Notes: a model not told the origin generated them from the letters alone. A DNA stretch of 41,635 bases from Candidatus Bathyarchaeia archaeon (GCA_050015395.1 JBEKBM010000028.1:1-41635), one strand, 5' to 3'; counted from the stretch's first letter, positions 1 through 10,273 are shown. Translations and numbers: made by a program.

Positions 1-2
1 AG

Positions 3-257
3 CACAAAACAGAATTGAGAAAGAAATTTAAAGTGAAAAGTATCGGAGTTTTCGGTTCCTATGTACGTCGTGAGCAAAAACGGCACAGCGACGTGGATGT
101 GCTGGTTGAGTTTGAGGAGCCCGTGGGATTGTTTGAATTTATGGATTTAGAAATGTACCTCTCTGACTTGCTAGGCGTTAAGGTTGACTTGGTGTCAAAG
201 AAGGCACTTAAGCCCCACATCGGTGAGCGCATCCTCAAGGAAGTAATCCTGATATGA
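3..257 (+). CDS. Minimal nucleotidyltransferase (MNT/MntA-type) antitoxin, 5' end outside the window
   Basis: GS-X10-DXD motif (FGSYVRREQKRHSDVDV) and LGVKVDLV C-terminus. The frame stays open to the window edge (HKTELRKK...). Stop overlaps the HEPN start (ATGA). Confidence 0.9.
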   Translation, partial: HKTELRKKFKVKSIGVFGSYVRREQKRHSDVDVLVEFEEPVGLFEFMDLEMYLSDLLGVKVDLVSKKALKPHIGERILKEVILI

Positions 258-600
258 AAAGCCGTGACTATAGGGACTATCTGCAAGACATCTTGGACGC
301 TGTAAATGACATCGAAAGCTTTGTTGACGGCATGACTTATGAGGAGTTTATCAAGGACAGAAAGACCTTGAACGCTGTGGTGCGCAGCATCGAAATAATT
401 GGAGAAGCATCCAAGAACATCCCTGAAACATTGAAGGCAAATTGCAAAGAGCTTCCTTGGAAGCAGATGGCTGGAATGAGAGACAAACTAATTCATGCCT
501 ATTTCGGAGTTGACTAGAAACCCTTTGGAAAGCGGTCAAAGAAAACATTCCCTCGCTGAAAAAGGCAATCCAGAAAATGCTAAAAGACCAAGAAAAGTGA
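254..600 (+). pseudogene. HEPN (DUF86/HepT-like) RNase toxin with a 1-nt deletion near 514
   Basis: RX4HXY motif RDKLIHAY. TAG at 515-517 follows FGVD, and the -1 frame continues LETLWKAVKENIPSLKKAIQKMLKDQEK* to 600, the typical DUF86 C-terminal helix. Confidence 0.8.
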
Positions 601-745
601 TATACCACAGAATCTTCGGGTCTGATTGTTTTCTTGTTATGGTACCTTGTCTTAATTGTGAATATTTTCAATTTCACCCTAAATGCACAATTCATAAATA
701 TCATAAAAGAAATGTTGATAAAAACAGGATGAGAATGGAAACATA

Positions 746-1141
746 ATGTCTAAGGCTGTACCTAATAGCTCTGCTTTCTGCTTCCTTGATAAAAAACAAT
801 TGGTGAATCTGAAAACTAAAGCTATGCGTTCTGGCGCATGGTTCAAAGCATTGCAAAGAATAGATAGAGTGCTCTTTGATTTAACAATAAGAGTTGTAGA
901 TACCATCCGAAGTGCAAAGTTAGCAAAAAGTATCGCTGTGCTCACAAGGAAGCTGGAAGGTGCTATGAAAGGCGGCTTTTCGAGTCGTTTGAGGGAGATT
1001 GGTTTGCCTCTGGCTCAAAAAATCAGTCTCACGGCAAAGAAGCTAGGAAATATTTCTGCTGGCAGTTGGGTATTTGATTCTTCGTTCGCAATCTTCTTGG
1101 CTGTGATGCATGTTAATAATGTTAAAATATTCAAACGCTAA
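746..1141 (+). CDS. Hypothetical basic protein (131 aa) at the head of the glycosylation locus
   Basis: Clean ATG ORF, same strand as the downstream operon, Lys/Arg-rich; no recognised motif. Confidence 0.6.
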   Translation: MSKAVPNSSAFCFLDKKQLVNLKTKAMRSGAWFKALQRIDRVLFDLTIRVVDTIRSAKLAKSIAVLTRKLEGAMKGGFSSRLREIGLPLAQKISLTAKKLGNISAGSWVFDSSFAIFLAVMHVNNVKIFKR

Positions 1142-1268
1142 TTCAAAATTGGTGCGTCATAATCCATTGTTATGTGGAACTTTGAGAGTTTTTTTGTGTC
1201 GTGTTCCGAGATTATGGCAAATGTTAAATTCTGGGTTTCGCTCTTAAACATAACAGTGTCTTTGTAAC

Positions 1269-1520
1269 ATGACTCAAATTGTCTTCAATATGATTATGCT
1301 TAAGGTCAAAGGATACGTTAAGGAGAATTGGGGTTCTCCCTTTATAGTTGGGTTTATGCTGCTTTTGGTTGTTGCCGCTGTTTCCTTGTCTGCAGGCTTG
1401 TCTTCCTTAGCTGACACTGTAGCCGTTTACGCGTTTTATGCCTTGGTCGCTGGGGTTTTTCTTCAATTTGCCAGCTTTCTGAAATATCGCGGGAAAAGCG
1501 ATGATGAGGTGGCTGTTTAA
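1269..1520 (+). CDS. Small two-TM membrane protein
   Basis: Two hydrophobic helices. Stop overlaps the start of the next GT2 (TAATG), with GAGGTGG just upstream of that start. Confidence 0.65.
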   Translation: MTQIVFNMIMLKVKGYVKENWGSPFIVGFMLLLVVAAVSLSAGLSSLADTVAVYAFYALVAGVFLQFASFLKYRGKSDDEVAV

Positions 1521-2293
1521 TGGAGCAAGTAGAATTATCTTTCGTTATTCCAGCATACAATGAGGAAAGCTTCATCGAGGACATGCTTGAGTCAATAGAC
1601 GCGGTTATTGCGGGTAAGCATTTGCCGTATGAAATTGTGGTTGTTGACGACGGCAGCCTTGATAGGACATTGGCGAACACTGTGAGATACGCAAAAAGAA
1701 ACGGTCACGTTAAAGTTGTAAGTTACCCTGAGAATGTGGGAAAAGGCTATGCGGTGAAAACTGGTTTCATGCAGTCCAACGGAGCTGTTGTTGTTTTTGC
1801 GGATAGCGATATGGAAATCGATTTGAGTGTTATCTCAGAATACATAGAAGCTTTGAAACGTGGCGATATTGTCATAGCTTCTAAAAAGCATCCTGATTCC
1901 CGAGTGAAAGTACCTTTATCTCGTAAGATTTTGAGTGGTGGTTTCAACACTTTAGTTAGGCTTCTTACTGGGGTGCCTCTTAAAGATACTCAGTCTGGGC
2001 TTAAAGCGATGAGGAAGAGTGCGTTCGTTGATATTTTCCCTCGATTGGCTGTGAAACGTTATGCTTTTGACGTTGAATTGCTAGCTGTAGCGCATCTTTA
2101 TGGTTTGAAAGTTGTGGAGATGCCTGTGAACATCAAGTTGGATGCTTCGTTTAAGCCAAAGGAGATGTGGCGCATGTTTCTTGATTTGCTTGGAATCGCT
2201 TATAGGCTTAGAGTGATTCATTGGTATCAGCGCCCGATTCCCAAGAAAAACGGTTTTCAAAACATGGCTTCATTTGTTCTTCGTGAACATTAA
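1520..2293 (+). CDS. GT2 glycosyltransferase, polyprenol-phosphate glycosyltransferase (DPM/DPG synthase-like)
   Basis: IPAYNEE, VVDDGSLD, NVGKGYAV, FADSD, DTQSGLK and FDVELL motifs of DPM/DPG synthase-like GT2. Confidence 0.88.
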   Translation: MEQVELSFVIPAYNEESFIEDMLESIDAVIAGKHLPYEIVVVDDGSLDRTLANTVRYAKRNGHVKVVSYPENVGKGYAVKTGFMQSNGAVVVFADSDMEIDLSVISEYIEALKRGDIVIASKKHPDSRVKVPLSRKILSGGFNTLVRLLTGVPLKDTQSGLKAMRKSAFVDIFPRLAVKRYAFDVELLAVAHLYGLKVVEMPVNIKLDASFKPKEMWRMFLDLLGIAYRLRVIHWYQRPIPKKNGFQNMASFVLREH

Positions 2294-3249
2294 TGTCCCC
2301 AAAAACACTTGTTTCAATTATTATACCCTGTAAAGACGTAGACGACTACACCCGAGAGTGTATTGAATACTGTAGACGCTTGGATTATCCAAATTTTGAG
2401 ATAATATTGTTACCTGATTATTCTACCGAAGCGATTGATGGCGTTATTATCATAGCCACCGAACCCGTGCCGCCAGGAGTTAAACGAAACATAGGTGTTA
2501 AAAACTCAAGTGGCGAATTCTGTGCGTTTATAGATAATGACGCTTATCCTCGAAGTGACTGGTTGACCAACGCGGTGAAGTGCTTTGAAAATCCACAGGT
2601 TGGTGGTGTCGGTGGACCTGGATTAACGCCGAACGAGGATTGTTTTATGCAGAAAGCCGGGGGCTACGTTCTGTCGTCGTTCATGGTTGGCAGCTTATCG
2701 AGCAGATATAAGGCAAAAGGTTGTTTCGAGTCAGATGACATACACTCATGCAATTTCATCGCTCGAAAAGCAGTAGTTGAAGAAGCTGGCGGATGGAACG
2801 AGAAGTACTGGCCTGGCGAAGACACATTGATATGTTTGGCAATTAAGAAACTCGGGAAAAAACTCATCGAATCATCTGATGTGGTTGTTTATCATCATCG
2901 CCGTCCTCTCTTCAGTCCCCATTTGAAGCAGGTTTCAAGATTTGGGGAGCATAGAGGTTTCTTTGTCAAAAAGTTTCCAGAGAACTCGGTGAAGCTAACT
3001 TATTTCTTTCCCTCTCTGCTCGTATCCTCGCTTCTTGCAGGAATAGTGCTTTCTCTGATTTTCCCGTTTTTTGCATACGTTGTGCTGTTTGGTGCGGTGG
3101 TGTATCTTGTTTCCAGCTTAATTGCTTCAGCGCTCCAAGTGAGAAACGTGAAGTTGCTGCTTTCAGTCTGGTTGGGCATAATCGTAACACACATAGTATA
3201 TGGTTCCTTCTTTTTGTCAGGTTTAGCGAAGCGTGATTTGAAACGATGA
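2293..3249 (+). CDS. GT2 glycosyltransferase with C-terminal TM helices
   Basis: SIIIPC, FIDND, GGWNE..GED motifs and a hydrophobic C-terminus. Confidence 0.88.
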   Translation: MSPKTLVSIIIPCKDVDDYTRECIEYCRRLDYPNFEIILLPDYSTEAIDGVIIIATEPVPPGVKRNIGVKNSSGEFCAFIDNDAYPRSDWLTNAVKCFENPQVGGVGGPGLTPNEDCFMQKAGGYVLSSFMVGSLSSRYKAKGCFESDDIHSCNFIARKAVVEEAGGWNEKYWPGEDTLICLAIKKLGKKLIESSDVVVYHHRRPLFSPHLKQVSRFGEHRGFFVKKFPENSVKLTYFFPSLLVSSLLAGIVLSLIFPFFAYVVLFGAVVYLVSSLIASALQVRNVKLLLSVWLGIIVTHIVYGSFFLSGLAKRDLKR

Positions 3250-4718
3250 AAATTAGCATTTCCTATCCGCCAATCATTTCGGCGAAAGGCGTCCCACTCC
3301 TATCCCAAAACAGACAATTCCAGTATTTTCAATCGCCCACGTACATTTATCCTGTTGTTCCCGCGTATGCTGCAACTTTGTTGGCGAACGCGGGTTATGA
3401 TGTGGTTTGGGATGACGGGATTGCAGAGGAGAAAACCTACAGCCAATGGCTAAGCGATTTGGAGCGAACCAATCCTGATGTTATCATGATTGAGACTAAA
3501 ACTCCAGTGGTAAAGAAGCATTGGTCCATGATTGGCGACGTGAAAAAAGTTCTTCCTGATTCAAAGGTTGTTTTGGTTGGCGATCATGTTACTGCGTTAC
3601 CTCAGGAATCGATGGAGCAGAGCCAAGTTGATTTTGTTCTGACAGGCGGCGACTATGACTTTCTATTGTTGAACTTGGTTGATTTCTTAAATGGCAAGAC
3701 GAAACAGATGGAGTCTGGGGTTTGGTACCGTGAAAACGGAAGCATAAAGAATACTGGGCAGTTTAAGTTGAATCATAGTTTGGATGATTTGCCGCATATC
3801 GATCGTGATTTGACGAAATGGCGGCTTTACAGCGAACGTAACGGCAACTTTAAGGTTACTCCTGGCGCTTACACTATGGCTGGTCGAGACTGTTGGTGGA
3901 GAAAAGACGGCGGCTGCACCTTCTGCTCTTGGCCTACTTTGTACCCCACTTTCCGAGCGATGAAGCCTGAGCGATTAGCAGACGAGATTGGGTTATTAAT
4001 TGAGCGTTATGGCGTTAAGTCAGTGTTTGATGACACTGGCTGTTTTCCAGCGGGAGAGTGGCTTAGACGCTTCGCCAACCTGATGATAGAACGAGGATAT
4101 AACAAAAAAGTCCAGTTTAGCTGCAATATGCGATTTGGAGCATTAGCGCGGGATGATTATCGGTTAATGAGGAAGGCTGGTTTCCGCATGCTTCTTTTCG
4201 GTGTGGAATCTGGAAGCCAAGCTACACTTGACAGGCTTAACAAAGGAACAAAAATCGACGAAATCATGAACGAGTGCAGAATACCCCGAGAAGAAGGATT
4301 AGAACCGCACATCACAATTATGGTTGGTTATCCATGGGAAACACGCCAAGAAGCGTTAAGTACGTTGAATGTAGCCAAAACGATGATGCAGAAAGGCTGG
4401 GCTGTTACCCTGCAGTCCACCGTTGTTATTCCTTACCCGGGAAGCAAACTGTACGCTGAAGCATTGAAGAACGGCTGGTTCCGAGTTGACCCTAAAGATT
4501 ATGAGCGTTTCGACATGAAAGAACCCGTCATGATCACGCCCGATATGACGCCTGAAGAAGTAATGAAGCTTTGCGACGAAATATACAAAGTATTCCTAAC
4601 ACCACAATACATGCTTAAACAGCTTGTTCGCATACGATCATTAAAAGATATTAAATACTCAGTTAAAGGTGCAGCAAAAGTCTTGGGGCACGTAAAAGAC
4701 TTTGGAAAAGACAAGTAA
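3246..4718 (+). CDS. Cobalamin-binding radical SAM enzyme with CX7CX2C motif
   Basis: N-terminal B12-binding-type region (VLVGDHVTALP, DFVLTGGDYD), GRDCWWRKDGGCTFC, GVESGSQ, MVGYPWET, PYPGSKLY. Confidence 0.88.
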   Translation: MKISISYPPIISAKGVPLLSQNRQFQYFQSPTYIYPVVPAYAATLLANAGYDVVWDDGIAEEKTYSQWLSDLERTNPDVIMIETKTPVVKKHWSMIGDVKKVLPDSKVVLVGDHVTALPQESMEQSQVDFVLTGGDYDFLLLNLVDFLNGKTKQMESGVWYRENGSIKNTGQFKLNHSLDDLPHIDRDLTKWRLYSERNGNFKVTPGAYTMAGRDCWWRKDGGCTFCSWPTLYPTFRAMKPERLADEIGLLIERYGVKSVFDDTGCFPAGEWLRRFANLMIERGYNKKVQFSCNMRFGALARDDYRLMRKAGFRMLLFGVESGSQATLDRLNKGTKIDEIMNECRIPREEGLEPHITIMVGYPWETRQEALSTLNVAKTMMQKGWAVTLQSTVVIPYPGSKLYAEALKNGWFRVDPKDYERFDMKEPVMITPDMTPEEVMKLCDEIYKVFLTPQYMLKQLVRIRSLKDIKYSVKGAAKVLGHVKDFGKDK

Positions 4719-5568
4719 TCTTACACAGGTGTCAACCATTTACTCTGCAGAAACAAAAAATGTTCCGTTGGTCTCTGTAGTTGTAACTACAAAAAATGAA
4801 GAAAAAAACCTTGATAGCTGTCTAAAGTCGATAAAAAGCCAGACTTTCAAAAATATTGAACTAATAGTGGTTGACAATTTCTCAGGAGATAGGACGGCAG
4901 AAATTGCAAAAAAATACTTTGCCAAAATTTATTTCAAGGGCAATGAGCGATCAGCGCAAAGAAATTTTGGCGCTAAAGTTGCCCAAGGTGAATACCTGAT
5001 TTATCTAGATGCAGACATGATTTTAAGCCCAAATCTAATTGAGAAATGTGTTTCAACATGTGAACAGGGTACTGCTTGTGCGCTTTATATTCCAGAAAGA
5101 ATAATAGGTGATGGTTTCTGGATTAAGGTCAGAGATTTTGAACGAAGCTTCTATACTGGCACAGTAATAGATGCAGTCCGATTCATGCGACGAGACCTGT
5201 TTCTCCGAGTTGGCGGATTTGACGAAAGCCTTGTTGGTCCAGAGGATTGGGACTTCGACCGTAAAATAAGAAAAATCAGCCAAACAAGTATTTCACCCAT
5301 GCCTCTTTTTCATAATGAGGGCACCTTTAATATCAAGCAATATTTGAAAAAGAAGAGTTATTACACATCTGGGATTCAAAAATACATAGCAAAATGGGGC
5401 TCTACTGATTTGGAAACGATTAAGCAAGTAGGTACTCAATATCGGTTGTTAGGCGTTTTTGTTGAGAAAAGTAAATGGAAAAAATTAATAAAACATCCTT
5501 CTCTGACCATAGCGATGTATTACTTGAGGTTTAGAGTAGCTATTACGTTTATAGAAGGTAAAGCCTAG
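4702..5568 (+). CDS. GT2 glycosyltransferase
   Basis: VSVVVTTKNEE, VVDNFSGD, RNFG, YLDADM, GGFDE..EDWD. Confidence 0.88.
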   Translation: MEKTSNLTQVSTIYSAETKNVPLVSVVVTTKNEEKNLDSCLKSIKSQTFKNIELIVVDNFSGDRTAEIAKKYFAKIYFKGNERSAQRNFGAKVAQGEYLIYLDADMILSPNLIEKCVSTCEQGTACALYIPERIIGDGFWIKVRDFERSFYTGTVIDAVRFMRRDLFLRVGGFDESLVGPEDWDFDRKIRKISQTSISPMPLFHNEGTFNIKQYLKKKSYYTSGIQKYIAKWGSTDLETIKQVGTQYRLLGVFVEKSKWKKLIKHPSLTIAMYYLRFRVAITFIEGKA

Positions 5569-5726
5569 AGCTCATAGGATCATAAAATTATTTGTGTTAG
5601 TTATTAAAGTGTCACGCATTCTTTTGGAAGCTTGAAGCAGTCCATGAATAACCAGGTTATTTTCATTAATATTTATATAACAAATACAATGAATAATATT
5701 CCTAAAATGGCATATAGATTAGCAAA

Positions 5727-7136
5727 GTGTTATTCATGAGCGTTGTTTTAGTTTATCCTCCTAATTACTTCAGAAAAGAAGGTTCATCAAAGGAACCTTA
5801 TGGAGGGCTTGAAGAACGTTGGGGTCAAGCGCCTCCTCTAGGTTTACTTTACCTCGCTTCTTCACTGCTGGCTAAGGGCGTTAAAGTTCGAGTGGTTGAC
5901 TTGAATGCTTTTAGACTTGGGCTTAAAGAAAGCGTAGACATAATTGGACTAAGTAATCCTCAAGTTGTTGGAATCTCAGCCACTTCATTTCAACTGCGAG
6001 GAGCCTTTCAGCTTGCAGAAGCACTGAGAGAAAAATTTGGAAATAGTATTACTATTGGACTCGGTGGAGTTCATGTAAGCGTTGATCCTGATTTTGTAAA
6101 TCGAATGCAAATATTTGATCTCGGAATAATTGGTGAAGGAGAACTAACTTTTTCTTCGATTGTTTCCAAAATTATGGATGGAGAAAAGGTTAGAGGGATT
6201 TTTCACGGTGAGTTGCCTTGCAATCTTGACGAATTACCTTTTCCTGCTCGAGAACTTGTTGATGCTAAAAAATATTTTTCAGGAGAAAAGTCTGCTACAA
6301 TACTTGCTACCCGTGGCTGTCCGTTCAATTGCATATTTTGCTCGATTAAAGGTCTGAGAGGACAAAAGGTCAGATTCCGATCACCATCAAATGTTATTGA
6401 TGAAATGGAAGCTGTCATCAATAGTGGTACGAGACGTTTCTGGTTTGTTGACGATACATTCACAGTCAATAGAAATTATGCTCTTGCCCTTTGTGAAGAA
6501 ATGATAAAACGAAAACTTGATGTTGAATGGTGGTGCGAAACAAGAATTGCATGTGTCGATGAAGATATACTGAAACTTATGCGCAAAGCAGGCTGCAAAC
6601 AAATTTCTTTCGGTATAGAATCTGGAAGTGAACGAATAAGAAGAGATATCATACGAAAGAGTTTCACCAACGAACAAGCTATTCATGTGTTCAGTCTTTG
6701 TAAAAAATACGGCATCTCAACCGAGGCTTACTTAATGGTTGGTTTTCCAACCGAAACTAAAGAAGACCTTCTTTCAACCGTGAATTTCTCTGGACAAGTT
6801 GGTGCTAATACTATCGGTGTTCATATTACTCAAATACTGCCTGGTTCAGATCTCTTCACGCTTGCACTTAAAGAAGGCCGAATTACAGCAGACATTTATG
6901 ATATATATGCGAAAGGTGAACTCCGGGGATCACTCCCAGTGTATGTTCCTGAAGGTTTAACTTTGCATGATCTGCGGAATGCTCGAGGACAAGCTTACAA
7001 AAGGTTTTACTTTAAACCCAAGTTTGTCATGCGTCGATTAGCCAAGGATTTGCATTCTTTCGCTGCTTTCAAGAATGATGTGGACGTCGCTTTGAAGCTA
7101 TTTTTGGAGGGTAAAACAGCTGCCGAACCAGAGTAA
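5727..7136 (+). CDS. Cobalamin-binding radical SAM enzyme (class B methylase-like)
   Basis: PPLGLLYLAS, GGVHVS, GEGE, canonical TRGCPFNCIFC, FVDDTF, GIESGS, MVGFPTET. Start is GTG 5727 or ATG 5736. Confidence 0.9.
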   Translation: MLFMSVVLVYPPNYFRKEGSSKEPYGGLEERWGQAPPLGLLYLASSLLAKGVKVRVVDLNAFRLGLKESVDIIGLSNPQVVGISATSFQLRGAFQLAEALREKFGNSITIGLGGVHVSVDPDFVNRMQIFDLGIIGEGELTFSSIVSKIMDGEKVRGIFHGELPCNLDELPFPARELVDAKKYFSGEKSATILATRGCPFNCIFCSIKGLRGQKVRFRSPSNVIDEMEAVINSGTRRFWFVDDTFTVNRNYALALCEEMIKRKLDVEWWCETRIACVDEDILKLMRKAGCKQISFGIESGSERIRRDIIRKSFTNEQAIHVFSLCKKYGISTEAYLMVGFPTETKEDLLSTVNFSGQVGANTIGVHITQILPGSDLFTLALKEGRITADIYDIYAKGELRGSLPVYVPEGLTLHDLRNARGQAYKRFYFKPKFVMRRLAKDLHSFAAFKNDVDVALKLFLEGKTAAEPE

Positions 7137-7155
7137 AGATAGTACATTTACTCAT

Positions 7156-7896
7156 ATGATTTCACAAAAATCGTATTTTGACAACGCTTACAGTGGACAA
7201 AACTCTGCAAAAATTGAAAAGTGGCGGGTCGCTTACCTTCAGCGGGTTTATAGATCATTGGATATAAAACCTAATGATATGTATCTCGATATAGGTTGCG
7301 GAGGGTTAGGCTATATCGTTATAGAAGTGGCAAATAGTAAACAGTGTTATTCCGTCGGAGTAGATATCTCATCAGCAGGCGCAAGGCAAGCCGCCTCAAT
7401 TTATAAAAAAAGGTTTGAAAAATATTCGACTTGTGAATTTGTTGCATGTTCAGCAACGCATCTGCCTTTTCGCGATGCTTCTTTTTCAAAAATAACCCTT
7501 ATTATGGTCTTAGAACATGTTCCAAATGATAAGCTTGTAATTTCTGAGATTGGTAGAATCTGTCAAAATAATGGTAAGGTTCTTGTTACTGTGCCAAATT
7601 CTTATAGTCGATGTTTACCTGTTTTAACTTTGGCTAAGATTAAGGCAGATAAAGCTGTGGGTCATCTTAGGAGCTATAAAGCAGAAGACTTATTGGAAGT
7701 ATCGACACAAATGGGCTTTGTCTTGAAGTCACTAGAGTATCATGCCCATTTTATAAAAGCTATCCAAAGTTTATTGCAGCGTTTTCCACTAAGTATAGAA
7801 ACTGACAACTTATGGTGGGTGCTCGAGAAGCTTGATTATGGCATCCGCAATATTCCTACTGGGTCAGCCTTTACGGTAGTATTGGTAAAGCGGTAA
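7156..7896 (+). CDS. Class I SAM-dependent methyltransferase
   Basis: YLDIGCGG, GVDIS, LPFRDASF, VLEHV, TVPN. Confidence 0.85.
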   Translation: MISQKSYFDNAYSGQNSAKIEKWRVAYLQRVYRSLDIKPNDMYLDIGCGGLGYIVIEVANSKQCYSVGVDISSAGARQAASIYKKRFEKYSTCEFVACSATHLPFRDASFSKITLIMVLEHVPNDKLVISEIGRICQNNGKVLVTVPNSYSRCLPVLTLAKIKADKAVGHLRSYKAEDLLEVSTQMGFVLKSLEYHAHFIKAIQSLLQRFPLSIETDNLWWVLEKLDYGIRNIPTGSAFTVVLVKR

Positions 7897-7970
7897 GGAT
7901 TAAGTATTGGATGCGAGAGATTTAAATTGCTTGTAATTGATTTTTGGTTAATTTGACAAGGGTGTAGCAA

Positions 7971-9011
7971 GTGAAGATTAGTGTCTGTATGCCTGTGTAT
8001 AATGGCGGTGCCTTTATAAAAGATACTTTGCTATCCATTTTAGAGCAAGATTTTAGAGATTTCGAACTTGTGATAACTGATGATAATTCCACCGATAACA
8101 CGCCTGAAATAATAAAGTCAATCAAAGATTCAAGGATTAAGTTCTATAGATATGACGAAAATGTTGGTTATCCCAGAAATCTGGAAAGGTGTAGGACAAA
8201 ATGCAGCAACGAGATAATATTCTTAATGGGACAAGATGATATTCTTGCACATGAAACGTTGGAACGAGTTCATAAGATTTTTGAAGAAAATAAAAACGTG
8301 GGCGCCATCACGAGACCCTATTATTGGTTCCATAATGATGTAGAAAAACCAGTTAGAGCCAAACAGCAATATGATACGACCAAGGATTCAATTATTAGTA
8401 TTAACAGCGACTTTAAAACAATTATCAAAGTTTTTCAAACGTTAGATCAGCTTAGCAGCCTAGCATTTCGACGCGAATTTATTGATCAAAAAATTCACGA
8501 GGATGTTTTTACGGCTCACATTTATCCTTTTATTTCCATCTTTAAAAAACACGATGTGGTTTACCTCAAAGACTATGCTGTTGCTGTGCGAATAGGAAGT
8601 AGCCAAACAAGGCATGTTTCTTCGATTTATAGCAAATCGCCTATGCAGAGTTGGGTCGATATGTTTAATACTATTTTAAACGAGCCAAAATTTGACGAAA
8701 TGAGAGAATATTGCATCAAGAATTTTGTGGCAAAAAACTTTGTAGGTTTGGTGCAAATAAAAAACTATGGTAAAACGACTTGGCTATTCAGAGAAATAAA
8801 GCTTCTCATTAAATTTAATCGGCGGAATCTTATCGACCCACGATTTTGGTTTTTTAGCCTTGGTACTTTACTTGTGCCAAGATTCATACTAATACCCGTT
8901 GTAGATTCTTACAAAGAAAATATTCTTTCCAAATCTTTGAAAAATTTAAAAACTATAGAAGTAGAAAATTCAAGGGAAAGAAATTACGAAAACTATGAGA
9001 GAAATCCATAA
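7971..9011 (+). CDS. GT2 glycosyltransferase
   Basis: ISVCMPVYNG, TDDNSTDNT, MGQDD. Confidence 0.85.
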   Translation: MKISVCMPVYNGGAFIKDTLLSILEQDFRDFELVITDDNSTDNTPEIIKSIKDSRIKFYRYDENVGYPRNLERCRTKCSNEIIFLMGQDDILAHETLERVHKIFEENKNVGAITRPYYWFHNDVEKPVRAKQQYDTTKDSIISINSDFKTIIKVFQTLDQLSSLAFRREFIDQKIHEDVFTAHIYPFISIFKKHDVVYLKDYAVAVRIGSSQTRHVSSIYSKSPMQSWVDMFNTILNEPKFDEMREYCIKNFVAKNFVGLVQIKNYGKTTWLFREIKLLIKFNRRNLIDPRFWFFSLGTLLVPRFILIPVVDSYKENILSKSLKNLKTIEVENSRERNYENYERNP

Positions 9012-9192
9012 ATTTAACCGTAGGAAGTTTGTTAGGCGTTGATCTATATGGAATGCCTTAAAAATTAGGAATCTAAAACTTTGACAAGGAAAGTGGCTGA
9101 AGTTGGATCATAAACAATCCGATTAAGAAATCTAAAATCAGAAAGAAAAATGCCGGTGCCAAAGAAATACATGCCGAGGGGGGCAGTCAATA

Positions 9193-10185
9193 ATGAGGAA
9201 TAGTCAACCATTTGTGAGTATAATTATTCTGAACTTTAATGGTAAAAGATTTTTAACAGAATGCTTAAATTCAGTAATAAATTCAACTTATTCAAACTAT
9301 GAAATTTTATTCGTTGATAATTGCTCCACCGATGGGAGCACAGCTTTTATCAATCAGAATTATCCCTCGGTAAAGATAATTGCGAATAAGGAAAATCTCG
9401 GTTTTGCGATTGCGAATAATAATGCTTCCTATATAGCAAGAGGCAAGTATATAGTCTTTTTAAACTGTGACATAAGGATTTTGCCAGAAACAATCTCAAA
9501 GTTAGTGGAAGGAATGGAAAGGGATCCTACTGTCGGTATCTGCGCCTGCAAGATCATGAGCTACGATGGGAAGAGCTACTTTCATACGGGTATAGGCATT
9601 GACATCTATGGCTATCCAATGGCAAGGGGTGGCGTATTCTACTCGGAGGGATCATGTCTCATGATAAGGGAAACCTTATTTCATGAAATAGGTGGTTTTG
9701 ATGTCAAATACTTCATGTTCCACGAAGATATCGATCTTGCTTGGAGGGTCTGGTTGATAGGCTATAAGGTGGTTCCTATTCCCGAGGCTATCGTTTGTCA
9801 TTGGTACGGGGGGATCGCTGGCGGGGGGATAGAGAAAGGCAAGTATACTTCAACTCTGTTTAGGAGATATCTATCTGAGAGGAACAATATCAGGACAATC
9901 TTGAAAAACTATAGCTTGAAAACCTTGTTAACAATTCTTCCTAGATATATGATGATAAATTTCGGTGAGATATCACTTTTTTCGGTCAGCTTGCAATTTA
10001 AGGTGACGCTTTGCTATCTGAAAGCATATTGGTGGAACATAATTAACCTCAGAGACACCTTAGAAAGCAGAGGACAGATTAACCAACGCAGACGAGTCTC
10101 TGATAAAGAGATTATGAAGAAGATGTATAAAGGCAGTGGAAAACTTCTGAACTTTAGAAAAGTTGGTTTTCCGCGTTTTGAATAG
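9193..10185 (+). CDS. GT2 glycosyltransferase, rhamnosyltransferase (WbbL)-like
   Basis: SIIILNFNG, VDNCSTDG, NLGFA, FLNCD, GGFD..YFMFHEDIDLAWR. dTDP-rhamnose genes are in the same locus. Confidence 0.85.
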   Translation: MRNSQPFVSIIILNFNGKRFLTECLNSVINSTYSNYEILFVDNCSTDGSTAFINQNYPSVKIIANKENLGFAIANNNASYIARGKYIVFLNCDIRILPETISKLVEGMERDPTVGICACKIMSYDGKSYFHTGIGIDIYGYPMARGGVFYSEGSCLMIRETLFHEIGGFDVKYFMFHEDIDLAWRVWLIGYKVVPIPEAIVCHWYGGIAGGGIEKGKYTSTLFRRYLSERNNIRTILKNYSLKTLLTILPRYMMINFGEISLFSVSLQFKVTLCYLKAYWWNIINLRDTLESRGQINQRRRVSDKEIMKKMYKGSGKLLNFRKVGFPRFE

Positions 10186-10273
10186 CACTTACAATGTTAA
10201 ATGTAGCACAAAATTAGATTGTGTCAACTTAAAGAATACAAACTTAGCTTTCAAACTAAAGTAAAGCCAAGCT

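Noticed and set aside
495-746. 83-aa ORF with a CLNC motif after the first HEPN gene
   Set aside because: TTG/ATG start lies inside the HEPN gene in another frame and the remainder is AT-rich intergenic sequence; no further support.
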